Assembly (NCBI GenBank): GCA_044220955.1
Contig: JBGAQA010000028.1
Span: forward strand, 13,013-77,012
Length of the DNA stretch: 64,000 nucleotides
Source: Sandaracinaceae bacterium
Lineage (GTDB): Bacteria; Myxococcota_A; Polyangia; Polyangiales; Sandaracinaceae
Direction of reading: 5' to 3'
Positions 29,959-39,627 of this stretch are shown one piece after another (position 1 is the first letter of the stretch; every line of letters starts with the position of its first letter). A model generated the notes under the pieces. It ran no database searches, was not told the DNA's origin, and saw nothing but the letters and a program-made list of their open reading frames with translations. Both the position numbers and the translations under genes were made by a program.

Positions 29959-32484
29959 ATGCGTGCCCTCGCCCTCGCCCTCGCCCTCGTCCCCTCGCTC
30001 GCGCTCGCGCAGCCCGCGCCTTCGGGGCCGCACCCGCGCCTGTTCATGTCCGCAGCCGACCGGGCCGCGTACGCGGCGGACGCTGCGACCCCCGGCACGC
30101 CGAGCGCGCGCGCGATCCGCGACTGCGACGACGCCATCGCCAACCCGGCCGAACAAGCGACGCGCGGCGGCGCAGACGGGAACACCTGGCCGCTCGCGGC
30201 GATGTCGTGCGCGTTCGCGTACCGCGTGACCGACGACGCGCGCTACCTGACCCAGGCGCTCGCCTCGTGGCACGCCGCGCTCGACGACGACCAGGCCGTC
30301 GGAGATCGCCTCGGGTGCGTGCCCGGCGCCGCCACGGACTGGACGTCGTGGGACGGCAGCCCGCCGGCACCGCCGATCATCCTCACCATCACCCACGATA
30401 CCGGCTATCCGATCCGCTGGTACGGACCCTTCCTCGCGCTCACGTACGACTGGCTGTACTCGGCTCCCGGGGTGGACGACGCGCTCCTGGCGCAGACGCG
30501 CACCTGCCTCACGGCGTGGAACGACTACTACGCCGCGCGCGGCTACCACCACGACGAGGCAGGGGCGAACTACGGCGCCGGCTTCGTCCTCTCGCAAGCG
30601 CTGAGCGGCGTCGCCATCGGCGACGACGGCGGCGCGGACGGGCACGTGTTCACCGGCGCGATCGCGACGTACCGGGACGTGCTCGTCGGCCAGGGGCTCG
30701 CCGCGAGCCCGCCCGGTCCCATGGTCGACGGCGACTGGCTCGAGGGCTGGCAGTACGGGCCGCTCAGCGTGCTCGAGTACGCGATCGGCGCGCGCGCCCT
30801 GATCGACGCCGGCGCTTCCCTGCCACAGATGAGCGAGTGGACGAACTCGCTGATCGTGCGGCACGCGTACGGGCTGGTGCCCACCGGCGACGCGCAGTGG
30901 GCGGGTGGCGGCGACTTCGACTCGACGGAGCCCTACCCCGCACCGAGCGCGAACGTCATCCACGCGGTGCTGGTGGGTCCCTCGAGCGACCTCGCGGCCT
31001 CCTGGGCGGCCGCGCTCGAGCCGGAGGGAGGCGACGCGTCGTTCCCGATCTACGGCGCGTTCGCGCACCGCCGCGCCGTCACGCCCGCGGACTTCCGCAC
31101 GGCGAGCCCGCCCCCACCGACCTGGTTCCTCGCGCGCGGCTCGCGGACCGTGTATGCGCGCACCTCGTGGGACGCGAGCGCGCTCTGGGCCGTCTTCCAG
31201 TCGGCGCCCGCGCTCGTCTCGGACCACCAGCACTTCGCCGCGTCGAACTTCGTCCTCTCGCGCGGCGCCGACCACCTGATCGTCGACAGCTCGCAGTACG
31301 GGGCGCCGGACACCCTCGAGACGAACGCGCTCACGCTCGACTCGCCCCAGCTCGAGCTGCACGGCGACTACGCGCGGACGCAGACCCCGTGGAGCGAGGC
31401 GGCGCTCGCCTGGGCGCGCGCCTCGGCTGCAGGCGTGGTCGCGGCGCGCAGCGATCTCGCCGACGCGTTCGTCTTCTCGTCGAGCCCGAGCGACGTCTCC
31501 TACGCGGAGCGCGACTGGGTGCTGCTCCCCGAAGGAGCGGTGGTGGCGATCGACCGAGCCCACACCGCGGACGCGGCGCACGCGATGCACGTGCGCTTCC
31601 ACGCGAACACGGGCACGGGCGGGCTCACCCTCGCCGGTACGACCGCCACGGGCACCGTCGGCGGATCGCGCGTTGCGGTGAGCACCGTGATGACCTCGGG
31701 CGGCACGCCGTCGATCACGGCGCCCGACCACGTCGCCGACTCGAGCGGCTGCACCGCGAGCTTCCCGGCCGGGGACTGCAACGGTGCGCGCTTCGCGGTC
31801 GACATCTACGCGCTCGACGTGCCTGGGCCCTTCGCGAGCGCCGTGCACGTGATCGATGCCGACGCGGTCGGCGGCAGCGGCGCCACCGTCGGATCCGTCA
31901 ACGACGCGCCCTACGCGGACGCGAGCGGCAACTCCGACGTCATCGGCGCCGCGGTGTTCGCGGGCACGCATCAGAGCTTCGTGCTCGCGTCGAGCGCGCA
32001 CGAGGGCGCCGCCGGGGCGTCGATGACGTACTCGGTGCCCGCCGCCTCGGCGTCCCGCCACGTCGTGTTCGACGCTCCGGAAGCGGCGGACGGAACCTCC
32101 TCGGTCGTCGCGTCCGCGGCCTCCGCGCGCTGCGAGATCGCGATCACCGCCGGCGGCGGCGGGGGCTTCATCGGACACCCGCTCGTCTTCTCGGTGGACA
32201 CCGCGTGCGTCGCGACCGACGGCGGCGACGTTCCGCCGGGCATGCCGCCGACCGGCGGAGCGGACGCGGGACCTCGACCGGATGGCGGGACGATCGGGCC
32301 GTCCGCCGACAGCGGAACCGGCGCGACTCCCGGATCGAGCGGCGGCTGCGAGTGCCAGGTCGCCGCCCGGGGCCGGGGCGGCCCCATCCCGATGCTCGCG
32401 CTCGCGCTCGCGCTGCTCGGCCTCGCGCGGCGCGAGCGGCGGCGCACCGCGGCCTCCTCACACCTGCGGGCGCCCGTTCGCTGA
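29959..32484 (+). CDS. Secreted heparinase II/III-like (polysaccharide lyase-like) protein with a MYXO-CTERM-like tail
   Basis: Signal peptide, PHPRLF start, EGWQYG, DHQHFAASNF..RG...LIVD; C-terminal SSGGCEC + TM + RRERRR. Confidence 0.75.
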   Translation: MRALALALALVPSLALAQPAPSGPHPRLFMSAADRAAYAADAATPGTPSARAIRDCDDAIANPAEQATRGGADGNTWPLAAMSCAFAYRVTDDARYLTQALASWHAALDDDQAVGDRLGCVPGAATDWTSWDGSPPAPPIILTITHDTGYPIRWYGPFLALTYDWLYSAPGVDDALLAQTRTCLTAWNDYYAARGYHHDEAGANYGAGFVLSQALSGVAIGDDGGADGHVFTGAIATYRDVLVGQGLAASPPGPMVDGDWLEGWQYGPLSVLEYAIGARALIDAGASLPQMSEWTNSLIVRHAYGLVPTGDAQWAGGGDFDSTEPYPAPSANVIHAVLVGPSSDLAASWAAALEPEGGDASFPIYGAFAHRRAVTPADFRTASPPPPTWFLARGSRTVYARTSWDASALWAVFQSAPALVSDHQHFAASNFVLSRGADHLIVDSSQYGAPDTLETNALTLDSPQLELHGDYARTQTPWSEAALAWARASAAGVVAARSDLADAFVFSSSPSDVSYAERDWVLLPEGAVVAIDRAHTADAAHAMHVRFHANTGTGGLTLAGTTATGTVGGSRVAVSTVMTSGGTPSITAPDHVADSSGCTASFPAGDCNGARFAVDIYALDVPGPFASAVHVIDADAVGGSGATVGSVNDAPYADASGNSDVIGAAVFAGTHQSFVLASSAHEGAAGASMTYSVPAASASRHVVFDAPEAADGTSSVVASAASARCEIAITAGGGGGFIGHPLVFSVDTACVATDGGDVPPGMPPTGGADAGPRPDGGTIGPSADSGTGATPGSSGGCECQVAARGRGGPIPMLALALALLGLARRERRRTAASSHLRAPVR

Positions 32485-32519
32485 CGCCTGGGGCGACGCG
32501 TCGTATGCTGCCCGCCTCC

Positions 32520-33494
32520 ATGGCTGGCCCCATCGCCGTGATCGTCAACCCCAACTCGCGCAAGAACCGCCGCGGCGGCGTGCGCGTGGACGACCTGCGC
32601 GCGGCGGTCGGGTCGAGCGGCGAGGTGTTCGTCACCCAGTCGCTCGGCGAGCTCGAGCAGACGATCGATCACGTGCTCGGCATGGATCCGTCCTGCCTCG
32701 TCTCGGTGGGCGGCGACGGAGCGCTGCACTGGGCCTTGAACGCGGCGCGCCCGCGCTGCGAAGCCAAGGGCCAGACCCTGCCGCCGGTGCTCCCGACGAA
32801 CGGCGGAACGATCGACTTCGTCGCGCGCAAGGCGGGCGTCCAGGGCAACGCCATGGTCCTCTTACCCCGGCTCCGGGCTCACCTCGATCGCACGCCGGCA
32901 CTGCCGACCGTGGAGCTCGACTCGCTGGAGCTCGAGGCCGTGAGCGCCGCGGGGACGCGCACGCTGCTGGGCTTCGCGGTCGCCGCGGCCGGGATCGGGC
33001 AGCGCTTCTTCGACAAGTACTACGAGGACCAGGATCCGGGCCCGATGACGATCGTGTCGATCATCGCCAAGGCGGTCGGCTCGCTCTCGGTCGGCGGGCA
33101 GTACGCCAAGGACGTCTTCAAGCCCTTCGAGGCGCGGGTCACGATCGACGGCGTCGAGCTGCCGGCCGCGTCCCACGGCGGGATCCACGCGGGCGCGTTC
33201 GACGTGAACCTCGGCGGGGTGATCAAGGTCTTCCCGCTCGCGCGTCCGCAGGGCACGGTGCAGTTCCAGGCCGGAGCGATCAGCGCCCCCCAGATCGTCC
33301 GGGCGCTCCCGGCCCTCTTGCGAGGCAAGCCGATCACGACCTCCCCCGACCTGCGCGACACGGCCGGGCACGTGATGGAGATCGAGGCCACCGGCGAGGA
33401 GCTGCTCCGCCCCGTGGTCGACGGAGAGATGTACGAGGGCATCCGGAAGCTCCGCCTCGCGCCCGGTCCGCGGATCCGGGTCGCGCGTGTGTAG
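32520..33494 (+). CDS. Diacylglycerol kinase-family lipid kinase
   Basis: VIVNPNS, VGGDGAL, GGTIDFVA, VVDGE. Confidence 0.85.
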   Translation: MAGPIAVIVNPNSRKNRRGGVRVDDLRAAVGSSGEVFVTQSLGELEQTIDHVLGMDPSCLVSVGGDGALHWALNAARPRCEAKGQTLPPVLPTNGGTIDFVARKAGVQGNAMVLLPRLRAHLDRTPALPTVELDSLELEAVSAAGTRTLLGFAVAAAGIGQRFFDKYYEDQDPGPMTIVSIIAKAVGSLSVGGQYAKDVFKPFEARVTIDGVELPAASHGGIHAGAFDVNLGGVIKVFPLARPQGTVQFQAGAISAPQIVRALPALLRGKPITTSPDLRDTAGHVMEIEATGEELLRPVVDGEMYEGIRKLRLAPGPRIRVARV

Positions 33495-33882
33495 GCCGCT
33501 GGTCCTCGCGGCGCTCCTCGCCGGCTGTGGAGCCTCGGCGCCGCCGACGACGGCCGTACCGCACGGCGAGACGCCGGAGTGCCACGCGTCCCGTGCCTGC
33601 GTCCTCGACGCGATGGCCACCTCGCGCCGCGATCACACGTGCACGTCCGCGGCCGAGTGCCGCGTGGTCCTCGGGCCCGGCCACCCGGACCCGGAGTACG
33701 CCCAGGTGGTCTTCTCCGGCGACGCCGAGGCGCTCGAGGCGCGCGCGCGCGATCACCTCGACCGCTGTGGCGCGTTCCACCACCACGAGGCCATCGACGC
33801 CTACCGCGAGATCGAGGCCGCCTGCGACGAGGGTCACTGCGTCGCGCACGAGACGCTCGTGCACCTCGACCCGCCCCAGTGA
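33487..33882 (+). CDS. Small Cys-containing lipoprotein
   Basis: LAALLAG-C lipobox, paired Cys; overlaps the upstream stop. Confidence 0.65.
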   Translation: MCRPLVLAALLAGCGASAPPTTAVPHGETPECHASRACVLDAMATSRRDHTCTSAAECRVVLGPGHPDPEYAQVVFSGDAEALEARARDHLDRCGAFHHHEAIDAYREIEAACDEGHCVAHETLVHLDPPQ

Positions 33883-33921
33883 AGCGCGGTCGTCCCCGAT
33901 CGGGCCCCCTCGCCTCTCCGA

Positions 33922-34761
33922 TCAGGACCGGTAGCGCCGGCCTCCGCTGAGCTGGTCGGCGAGCACCACCAGATCCTGCTCCTTCTTGAGGAGCGTGCCG
34001 AGGAAGGGCAGCTTGTCGCTCAGCGTGACTCCGCCGAGCCCGGCGGAGCGGAGCACCGCGATCCAGTCGACCAGCTCGCTCGTGCTCGGCCGCTTGCGCA
34101 GGCGCTTCATGTCGCGGATCTCGTAGAACACGCCGAGCGCCTGCGCGACCAGCTGCTCGTCCACCGTGGGATGGTGCACCGCGACGATGCGCTTCATGAG
34201 CTCCTGGTCCGGAAACTCGATGAAGTGGAACACGCAGCGGCGCAGGAAGGCGTCCGGCAGCTCCTTCTCGTTGTTGCTCGTGATGATCACGATCGGCCGC
34301 TGCTGGGCGATGACGTCGTCGTCGGTCTCGGTGATGCGGAAGCGCATCCGATCGAGCTCGTGCAGCAGATCGTTCGGGAACTCGATGTCGGCCTTGTCGA
34401 CCTCGTCGATCAACAAGACGACGCGCTGCGGGCTCTTGAACGACTGCCCGAGCGGTCCGAGCTTGATGTAGCGCCGGATGTCCTTCACGTCGCCGTCGCC
34501 GAAGCGCGAGTCGTAGAGGCGCTGCACGGTGTCGTAGACGTAGAGCCCGTCCTGCGCGCGCGTCGTGCTCTTCACGTGCCAGGTCAGGAGCGGCAGACCC
34601 ATGCCCTGCGCGACCGCCTCGGCGAGCAGCGTCTTGCCCGTCCCGGGCTCGCCCTTCACCAGCAGCGGGCGCTCCAGGAGGAGCGCGCAATTCACCGCGG
34701 CCTCGAGGCCCTCGTTCGTCAGGTAGCGGTCGGTTCCGTGGAAGCGGGCGAAGTCGTTCAT
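33922..34761 (-). CDS. MoxR-family AAA+ ATPase
   Basis: GEPGTGKT, YDTVQRLYD, LLIDEVDKAD, TSNNEKELPDAFLRRC, KRPSTSEL. Confidence 0.92.
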   Translation of the reverse strand: MNDFARFHGTDRYLTNEGLEAAVNCALLLERPLLVKGEPGTGKTLLAEAVAQGMGLPLLTWHVKSTTRAQDGLYVYDTVQRLYDSRFGDGDVKDIRRYIKLGPLGQSFKSPQRVVLLIDEVDKADIEFPNDLLHELDRMRFRITETDDDVIAQQRPIVIITSNNEKELPDAFLRRCVFHFIEFPDQELMKRIVAVHHPTVDEQLVAQALGVFYEIRDMKRLRKRPSTSELVDWIAVLRSAGLGGVTLSDKLPFLGTLLKKEQDLVVLADQLSGGRRYRS

Positions 34762-34822
34762 ACGGCGCGGCGAGCGTGTCTCGCCGCCGCGCGATGCGCC
34801 AGAGGGCGCGCGGACAGGTCCC

Positions 34823-36274
34823 TCAGATCACGACGCGCCCCGGTGGATGGCCGATGACGACCACGGCGATCCCCCCGCGGCGCGCGACGTTGACCACGTG
34901 CTGCTGGGAAGCGCGGCCGAGGATGGCCATGCCGTAGGTGGAGGTCGCGAAACCGAGGACGACGAAGTAGGGCTCGTGCGCGACGCCGCCAGCCTCGGTG
35001 GTGGAAGGCAGCTCGAGGACGGGGAGCCGCACGGCCGCCTGCACGACCCAGCGATCCGAGTCGGCGAGCGCCTCGTCCATCGCGCTCTGCCACTCACCCT
35101 CGGTCGCGTGCGCGCCGACGAGAACGCCCTGCCCGCCGTAGGCGCGGTTCGGCTTGAGCACCAGCTGCTCGCGCGAGCGAACGACGAACGGCAAGAGGTC
35201 ACCCGCGCGATCGTCGACGAGCGTCGTGCGCCGATCCGAGAGGACCCGCGTCCAGGGGACGTGTCGCCGGAAGAAGCGCCGGTCGTCGGAGTCGAAGTGC
35301 CGCGCCACGACGTCGGGGTCCGTGAAGACCTCCCAGCAGCTCTTCTGATCGAGCTCGGCCGCGATCGACGACACGACGCGGTTCTGCGCGAAGAGCTGGC
35401 GCATCGGGGCGATGTCGGTGCCATCCTCGGCGGCGTCGAGCAGATCGAGCACGGAGTAGTCGCGATAGACGAGGTCGACGACGCGCCCGCCGAAGACGAC
35501 CTCTTCCCCGGCGATCTCGAGCTCCGCCGGATCCGCGTGACAGACGGCGAGCCCGAAGTGATCGTGCACGTAGCGGGCGAGCTCGGCCTGCTCGTCGGGG
35601 CCGGCGCCGGCGTACTTCGGCTCGACGAAGCAGACGGTCCGCCCGGCACGCCCGAGGCTCTCGAGATGATCGAGCAGCTCCTGCATCAGGAGGCCGCGGA
35701 TGTCCTGCGCCGTCTCCAGCATCAGCGCCGGGTCCGCAGCGTGCAGCGCGGGCAGGACGGTGCGCGCGAGCACGCGATCCGCGCTCGGCACGAAGTGAAG
35801 GCCGCCGATCCCCGACATGTTCGGCTCGAGGAAGCGCAGCGACTCCTTCCACGTGGGCGAGGCGAACTCGCACACGGCGTCGTGACGCCCGAAGACGCTG
35901 TTGACCTCGCGCGCCCCGGGAGTCCAGTACTCGCGCAGCCACGCCTCCTCGACCTCCGGCAGCCGCAGGGCCTCGCGGACGGCGGGATCGGCGAAGTAGA
36001 GATCGGGCAGTCGCTTGAGCGCCCGATGCAGCGCGAGCGAGACGGTCCGGCAGTACGAGAGCTGATCCGGCAGCGCGACGACCGGCGACGCGAAGACGCG
36101 AACGCTCTCCTTCACGTCGTCGTGGAGGTACACGAGGCGCTCGCGCTCTCCCTCCCGCGCGACCTGCTCGAGCAGCGCGCGGAGCCGGGCGTCACCGAGA
36201 CCGAAGAGCGCGGCGTGGACGCGGGCGGCGATCTCCTCGGCCTTCCGCCCCGCCTCGTGTACCGGTGTGAACAT
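34823..36274 (-). CDS. Circularly permuted ATP-grasp (glutathionylspermidine synthase-like) peptide ligase
   Basis: RHD...FLEPN..GIGG, VDLVYR, QKS, VPWTR, LVLKPN.AYGG.GV..G, WVVQ, NVARRGG. Confidence 0.8.
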   Translation of the reverse strand: MFTPVHEAGRKAEEIAARVHAALFGLGDARLRALLEQVAREGERERLVYLHDDVKESVRVFASPVVALPDQLSYCRTVSLALHRALKRLPDLYFADPAVREALRLPEVEEAWLREYWTPGAREVNSVFGRHDAVCEFASPTWKESLRFLEPNMSGIGGLHFVPSADRVLARTVLPALHAADPALMLETAQDIRGLLMQELLDHLESLGRAGRTVCFVEPKYAGAGPDEQAELARYVHDHFGLAVCHADPAELEIAGEEVVFGGRVVDLVYRDYSVLDLLDAAEDGTDIAPMRQLFAQNRVVSSIAAELDQKSCWEVFTDPDVVARHFDSDDRRFFRRHVPWTRVLSDRRTTLVDDRAGDLLPFVVRSREQLVLKPNRAYGGQGVLVGAHATEGEWQSAMDEALADSDRWVVQAAVRLPVLELPSTTEAGGVAHEPYFVVLGFATSTYGMAILGRASQQHVVNVARRGGIAVVVIGHPPGRVVI

Positions 36275-36319
36275 GCACCGACTCTCGCACACCGACGGCG
36301 CGTTATGATCGCGTGCTCG

Positions 36320-37742
36320 ATGACGACGCCGGACGAGGCCTACGCGCAGCTCCTCTGCCTCTACCGCGAGCGAACGCTGCTCGAGTCGATCTCGACGGTC
36401 CTCGCATGGGACGAGGAGACGTACATGCCCGAGGGCGCGGTCGAGCAGCGGGCCGAGCAGCAGGCGCTGCTCGCGGGCCTCGAGCACGCACGCGCGCGCG
36501 ACCCCCGCCTCGGCGAGCTGCTCGCGCTCGCGGAGGGCGCGACCACGGGCAGCGCGCCCGAGCGCGCCGTGAACCTCCGCGAGCTCCGGCGGGAGCACGA
36601 GGACGCGAAGAAGACGCCGGCGGCGCTGGTCGAGGCGCTCGCGCGGGCGACCACGATCGCGCAGAGCGCGTGGGCATCCGCCCGGGACAGCGGTGACGCG
36701 TCGGACTACCTCCCCGCCCTCGCGGAGGTCGTCCTCCGAACGCAGGAGTGGGCCGACTGCGTCCGCGGCGAGGGGAGCCGCTACGACGCCTGCCTCGACG
36801 CGTGGGAGCCCGATCTCCGCGAGGCCGAGGTCCTGCGGATGCTCGAGCAGCTCACCCCGGAGCTCGCTCGCCTCGCCGCGCAGCTCGAGGAGGGACTGGC
36901 TGGGCTTCGATCTGGCGCGCGGCCGCCTCGACGCCGCCTCCCACCCATCGACGGTCCAGATCGGCCCGGGCGACGTCCGGCTGACCACGCGCTACGACCC
37001 CGCGCAGCCCTTCGGATCGCTTCTGGCGACCCTGCACGAGGCCGGGCACGGCCTCTACGACCAGCGCCTGCCGCGAGAGTGGTACGGGACGCCCGTCGGG
37101 GAGGCCCCCTCGGTCGCCCTGCACGAGTCACAGTCCCGGTTCGTCGAGAACGTGGTGGGGCGGAGCCGCGGCCTGCTCGCGTTCGTCCTGCCGAAGATGA
37201 GGGCCGCCGCGCAGGGCGCGATGGACGACGTCGACCTCGCGCGGGTCCACGCCGCCCTCCATCGCGTCGCCCGCACGACGCAGCGCATCGCGGCCGACGA
37301 GGTCACCTACGACCTGCACATCGCGGTGCGTGTCGAGCTCGAGCGCGCGCTCCTCACCGGCGAGCTGCGCGTCGGCGATCTGCAGCACGCCTGGGCGGAC
37401 CGGTATGCCCGGACGCTCGTCCGTCCCGATGGGGCAGCCGACGGCTTCCTGCAGGATGGCCACTGGGCCGCAGGGATGTTCGGCTACTTCCCGACGTACA
37501 CCATGGGCAACGTCGTCGCCGCCCAGCTCGCCCGCAGCGCCGAGTCCGCGCTCGGAGATCTCGACGCGCTGATCTCGGGCGGGCGGGTGCGTGTGCTGAT
37601 GGACTGGCTCACGGCGCACGTCCACCGGCACGGCTCGCTCTTTTCTCGCGCCGAGCTCGTCACGCGGGTCTGCGGCGAGGCGCTCGACCCCGGCGCGCTC
37701 GTCGAGCGGCTCACGCGCTCGTACGGCCCTCCCGGCCGATGA
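36320..37742 (+). pseudogene. M32 carboxypeptidase, frameshifted at ~36890 (pseudogene or assembly error)
   Basis: First frame: LAWDEETYMPEGAVEQRAEQ...YDACLDAWEP. Second (+1) frame: LGFDLARGRLD, VRLTTRY, HEAGH (zinc), HESQS, ADEVTYDLH, QDGHW..G.FGYFPTY. Confidence 0.85.
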
Positions 37743-37767
37743 CGGCGCCGCCGGTCGGGCCTCGAGA

Positions 37768-39021
37768 TCAGGCCGTCCACCGATCGAGCGCGAGCACCGC
37801 GGCGATCTTCGCCTCGCGCTCCGCCTCGTCCCGGGCGCGCACGGTGACGTGGCCGATCTTGCGGCCCGGGCGCTCGGACTTCCCGTAGAGGTGCAGGTGC
37901 ACCCCCGGCATTCCCATCACCTCGTCCGCGCCCTCCAGGCGGATCCGCTTGCGGTCGTCGACGCCCAGGAGGTTCGCCATGGCGCTCGGGCCGCGCAGGG
38001 TGACGGGGCCCTTTGGGCGGCCGGGGGGCGCGGCGGTCCGGTTGTGGGGCTGGGGCGCCCCCGCCCCCGCGTGGAGGCGGTCCACGTCCGGCAGCCTGCC
38101 GACGAGGTTGATCATCGCCGTGCACGCGACGTCGTCGGGGCGGCCGAGCGGCTGACCCGCGATCGCCCGGACGTGGTTCTCGAACTGGCTCGTCTCCGCG
38201 CCCTCGATCGAGTAGTGGCCGCTGTTGTGCACGCGCGGCGCGATCTCGTTCGCGACCACGTGCTCGCCGACCAGGAACAGCTCCACCGCCAGGACGCCCA
38301 CGTAGTCGAGCTCGGCGAGAATGGAGCCGATCGCGCGCCGAGCCGCTTCGAGCGCCCGCGCCGGCACGCCCCGCGCCGGACAGCGCGAGACGCGCAAGAT
38401 GCCGTCCTTGTGCTCGTTCTCGATCGGGCCGTAGAGGACGCCGCTTCCGTCGGCGCCGCGCGCGCCTATCTGGGAGATCTCGCGCTCGAAAGCGACGAGC
38501 CCTTCGTAGATCGACGGGAGGCCGCCGAGCGCCGCGAACGCAGCGGCGGCGTCGGCGGCCGTTCGCAGCCGAATCTGCCCTTTCCCGTCGTATCCGAGGC
38601 GCCGCGTCTTGAGGATGCCGGGGACGCCGATCTCGGCGACCGCGGACGCCAGCTGCACCTCGTCGTCCACCGCGGCGAAGGGCGCGGTCTCGATCCCGAG
38701 GGAGCGGAAGAGGGTCTTCTCGGCGAGACGGTCGGCGCCCGTCGCGAGCGCTCGCGGCGACGGATGCACGCGAACACGCGCGGCGAGGCGCTCGACGGCC
38801 GCGGCCGGCACGTTCTCGAACTCGAACGTCACCACGTCGACGCGCGCCGCGAGCCGCGCGAGCGCGCCCTCGTCGTCGAGCGCCGCCACGATGGCGTCCG
38901 CCACGTGCATCGCGGGATCCCCGGCCCCCGGGCCGAGCACGACCACCTCGTGGCCGAGCGGATGCGCTGCGAGCGCCAGCATGCGGCCGAGCTGGCCCGA
39001 GCCGAGGATGCCGATGCGCAT
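37768..39021 (-). CDS. purK: N5-carboxyaminoimidazole ribonucleotide synthase
   Basis: GSGQLGRML, TFEFENVP, GYDGKGQ, NEIAPRVHNSGH, SQFENH, LHLYGK..RPGRKIGH; contains a degenerate internal duplication. Confidence 0.95.
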   Translation of the reverse strand: MRIGILGSGQLGRMLALAAHPLGHEVVVLGPGAGDPAMHVADAIVAALDDEGALARLAARVDVVTFEFENVPAAAVERLAARVRVHPSPRALATGADRLAEKTLFRSLGIETAPFAAVDDEVQLASAVAEIGVPGILKTRRLGYDGKGQIRLRTAADAAAAFAALGGLPSIYEGLVAFEREISQIGARGADGSGVLYGPIENEHKDGILRVSRCPARGVPARALEAARRAIGSILAELDYVGVLAVELFLVGEHVVANEIAPRVHNSGHYSIEGAETSQFENHVRAIAGQPLGRPDDVACTAMINLVGRLPDVDRLHAGAGAPQPHNRTAAPPGRPKGPVTLRGPSAMANLLGVDDRKRIRLEGADEVMGMPGVHLHLYGKSERPGRKIGHVTVRARDEAEREAKIAAVLALDRWTA

Positions 39022-39024
39022 GCG

Positions 39025-39555
39025 TCAGCGCCGCGGATCGGGAGCCGCCAGGACGTCCGCGGTCTGCTTCGCTCGGTAGGCGACGAGCTTGGCGCGGACG
39101 ACGTCGTCGCCTTCGGCCAGGATCGCGGCAGCGAAGAGCGCGGCATTGATGGCGCCCGCCTTGCCGATCGCGAAGGTGGCGACGGGCACCCCGCCCGGCA
39201 TCTGGACGATCGAGAGCAGCGAGTCGAGCCCCGAGAGGGCCTTCGACTGCACGGGCACGCCGAGCACGGGGACGTGCGTCTTGGAGGCGAGCATGCCGGG
39301 CAGGTGCGCGGCGCCTCCCGCGCCGGCGATGATCGCCCTCAGACCCCGGGGCGAGGCACGCTCGGCGTACTCGAAGAGCAGGTCGGGCGTGCGATGCGCC
39401 GACACCACGCGGACCTCGTGCGAGACCCCGAGCAGCTCGAGGGTCGCCGCCGCGTGCTCCATCGTGTCGGCCCAGTCCGAGCGCGATCCCATGACGATGC
39501 CCACGGCGATCGCTTCGCTCGAGCTCGGCTTCGGCTTCGGCTTTCCGGCGGCCAT
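39025..39555 (-). CDS. purE: N5-CAIR mutase
   Basis: [37 protein letters not shown]. Confidence 0.98.
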   Translation of the reverse strand: MAAGKPKPKPSSSEAIAVGIVMGSRSDWADTMEHAAATLELLGVSHEVRVVSAHRTPDLLFEYAERASPRGLRAIIAGAGGAAHLPGMLASKTHVPVLGVPVQSKALSGLDSLLSIVQMPGGVPVATFAIGKAGAINAALFAAAILAEGDDVVRAKLVAYRAKQTADVLAAPDPRR

Positions 39556-39627
39556 CGGGAAGGCGCGAGAGTAGCGTCCCCGCGCACCCTGTAAAGAGAA
39601 CGGCCGAGCGCGCCTGCCCCCGCTGGG

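Noticed and set aside
36880..36900. Programmed ribosomal frameshift in the M32 gene
   Set aside because: No canonical slippery heptamer, and sequence appears to be missing, which recoding cannot restore
37838..38118. Diversity-generating retroelement TR/VR explanation for the purK duplication
   Set aside because: Differences are not adenine-specific on either strand and there is no reverse transcriptase in the window
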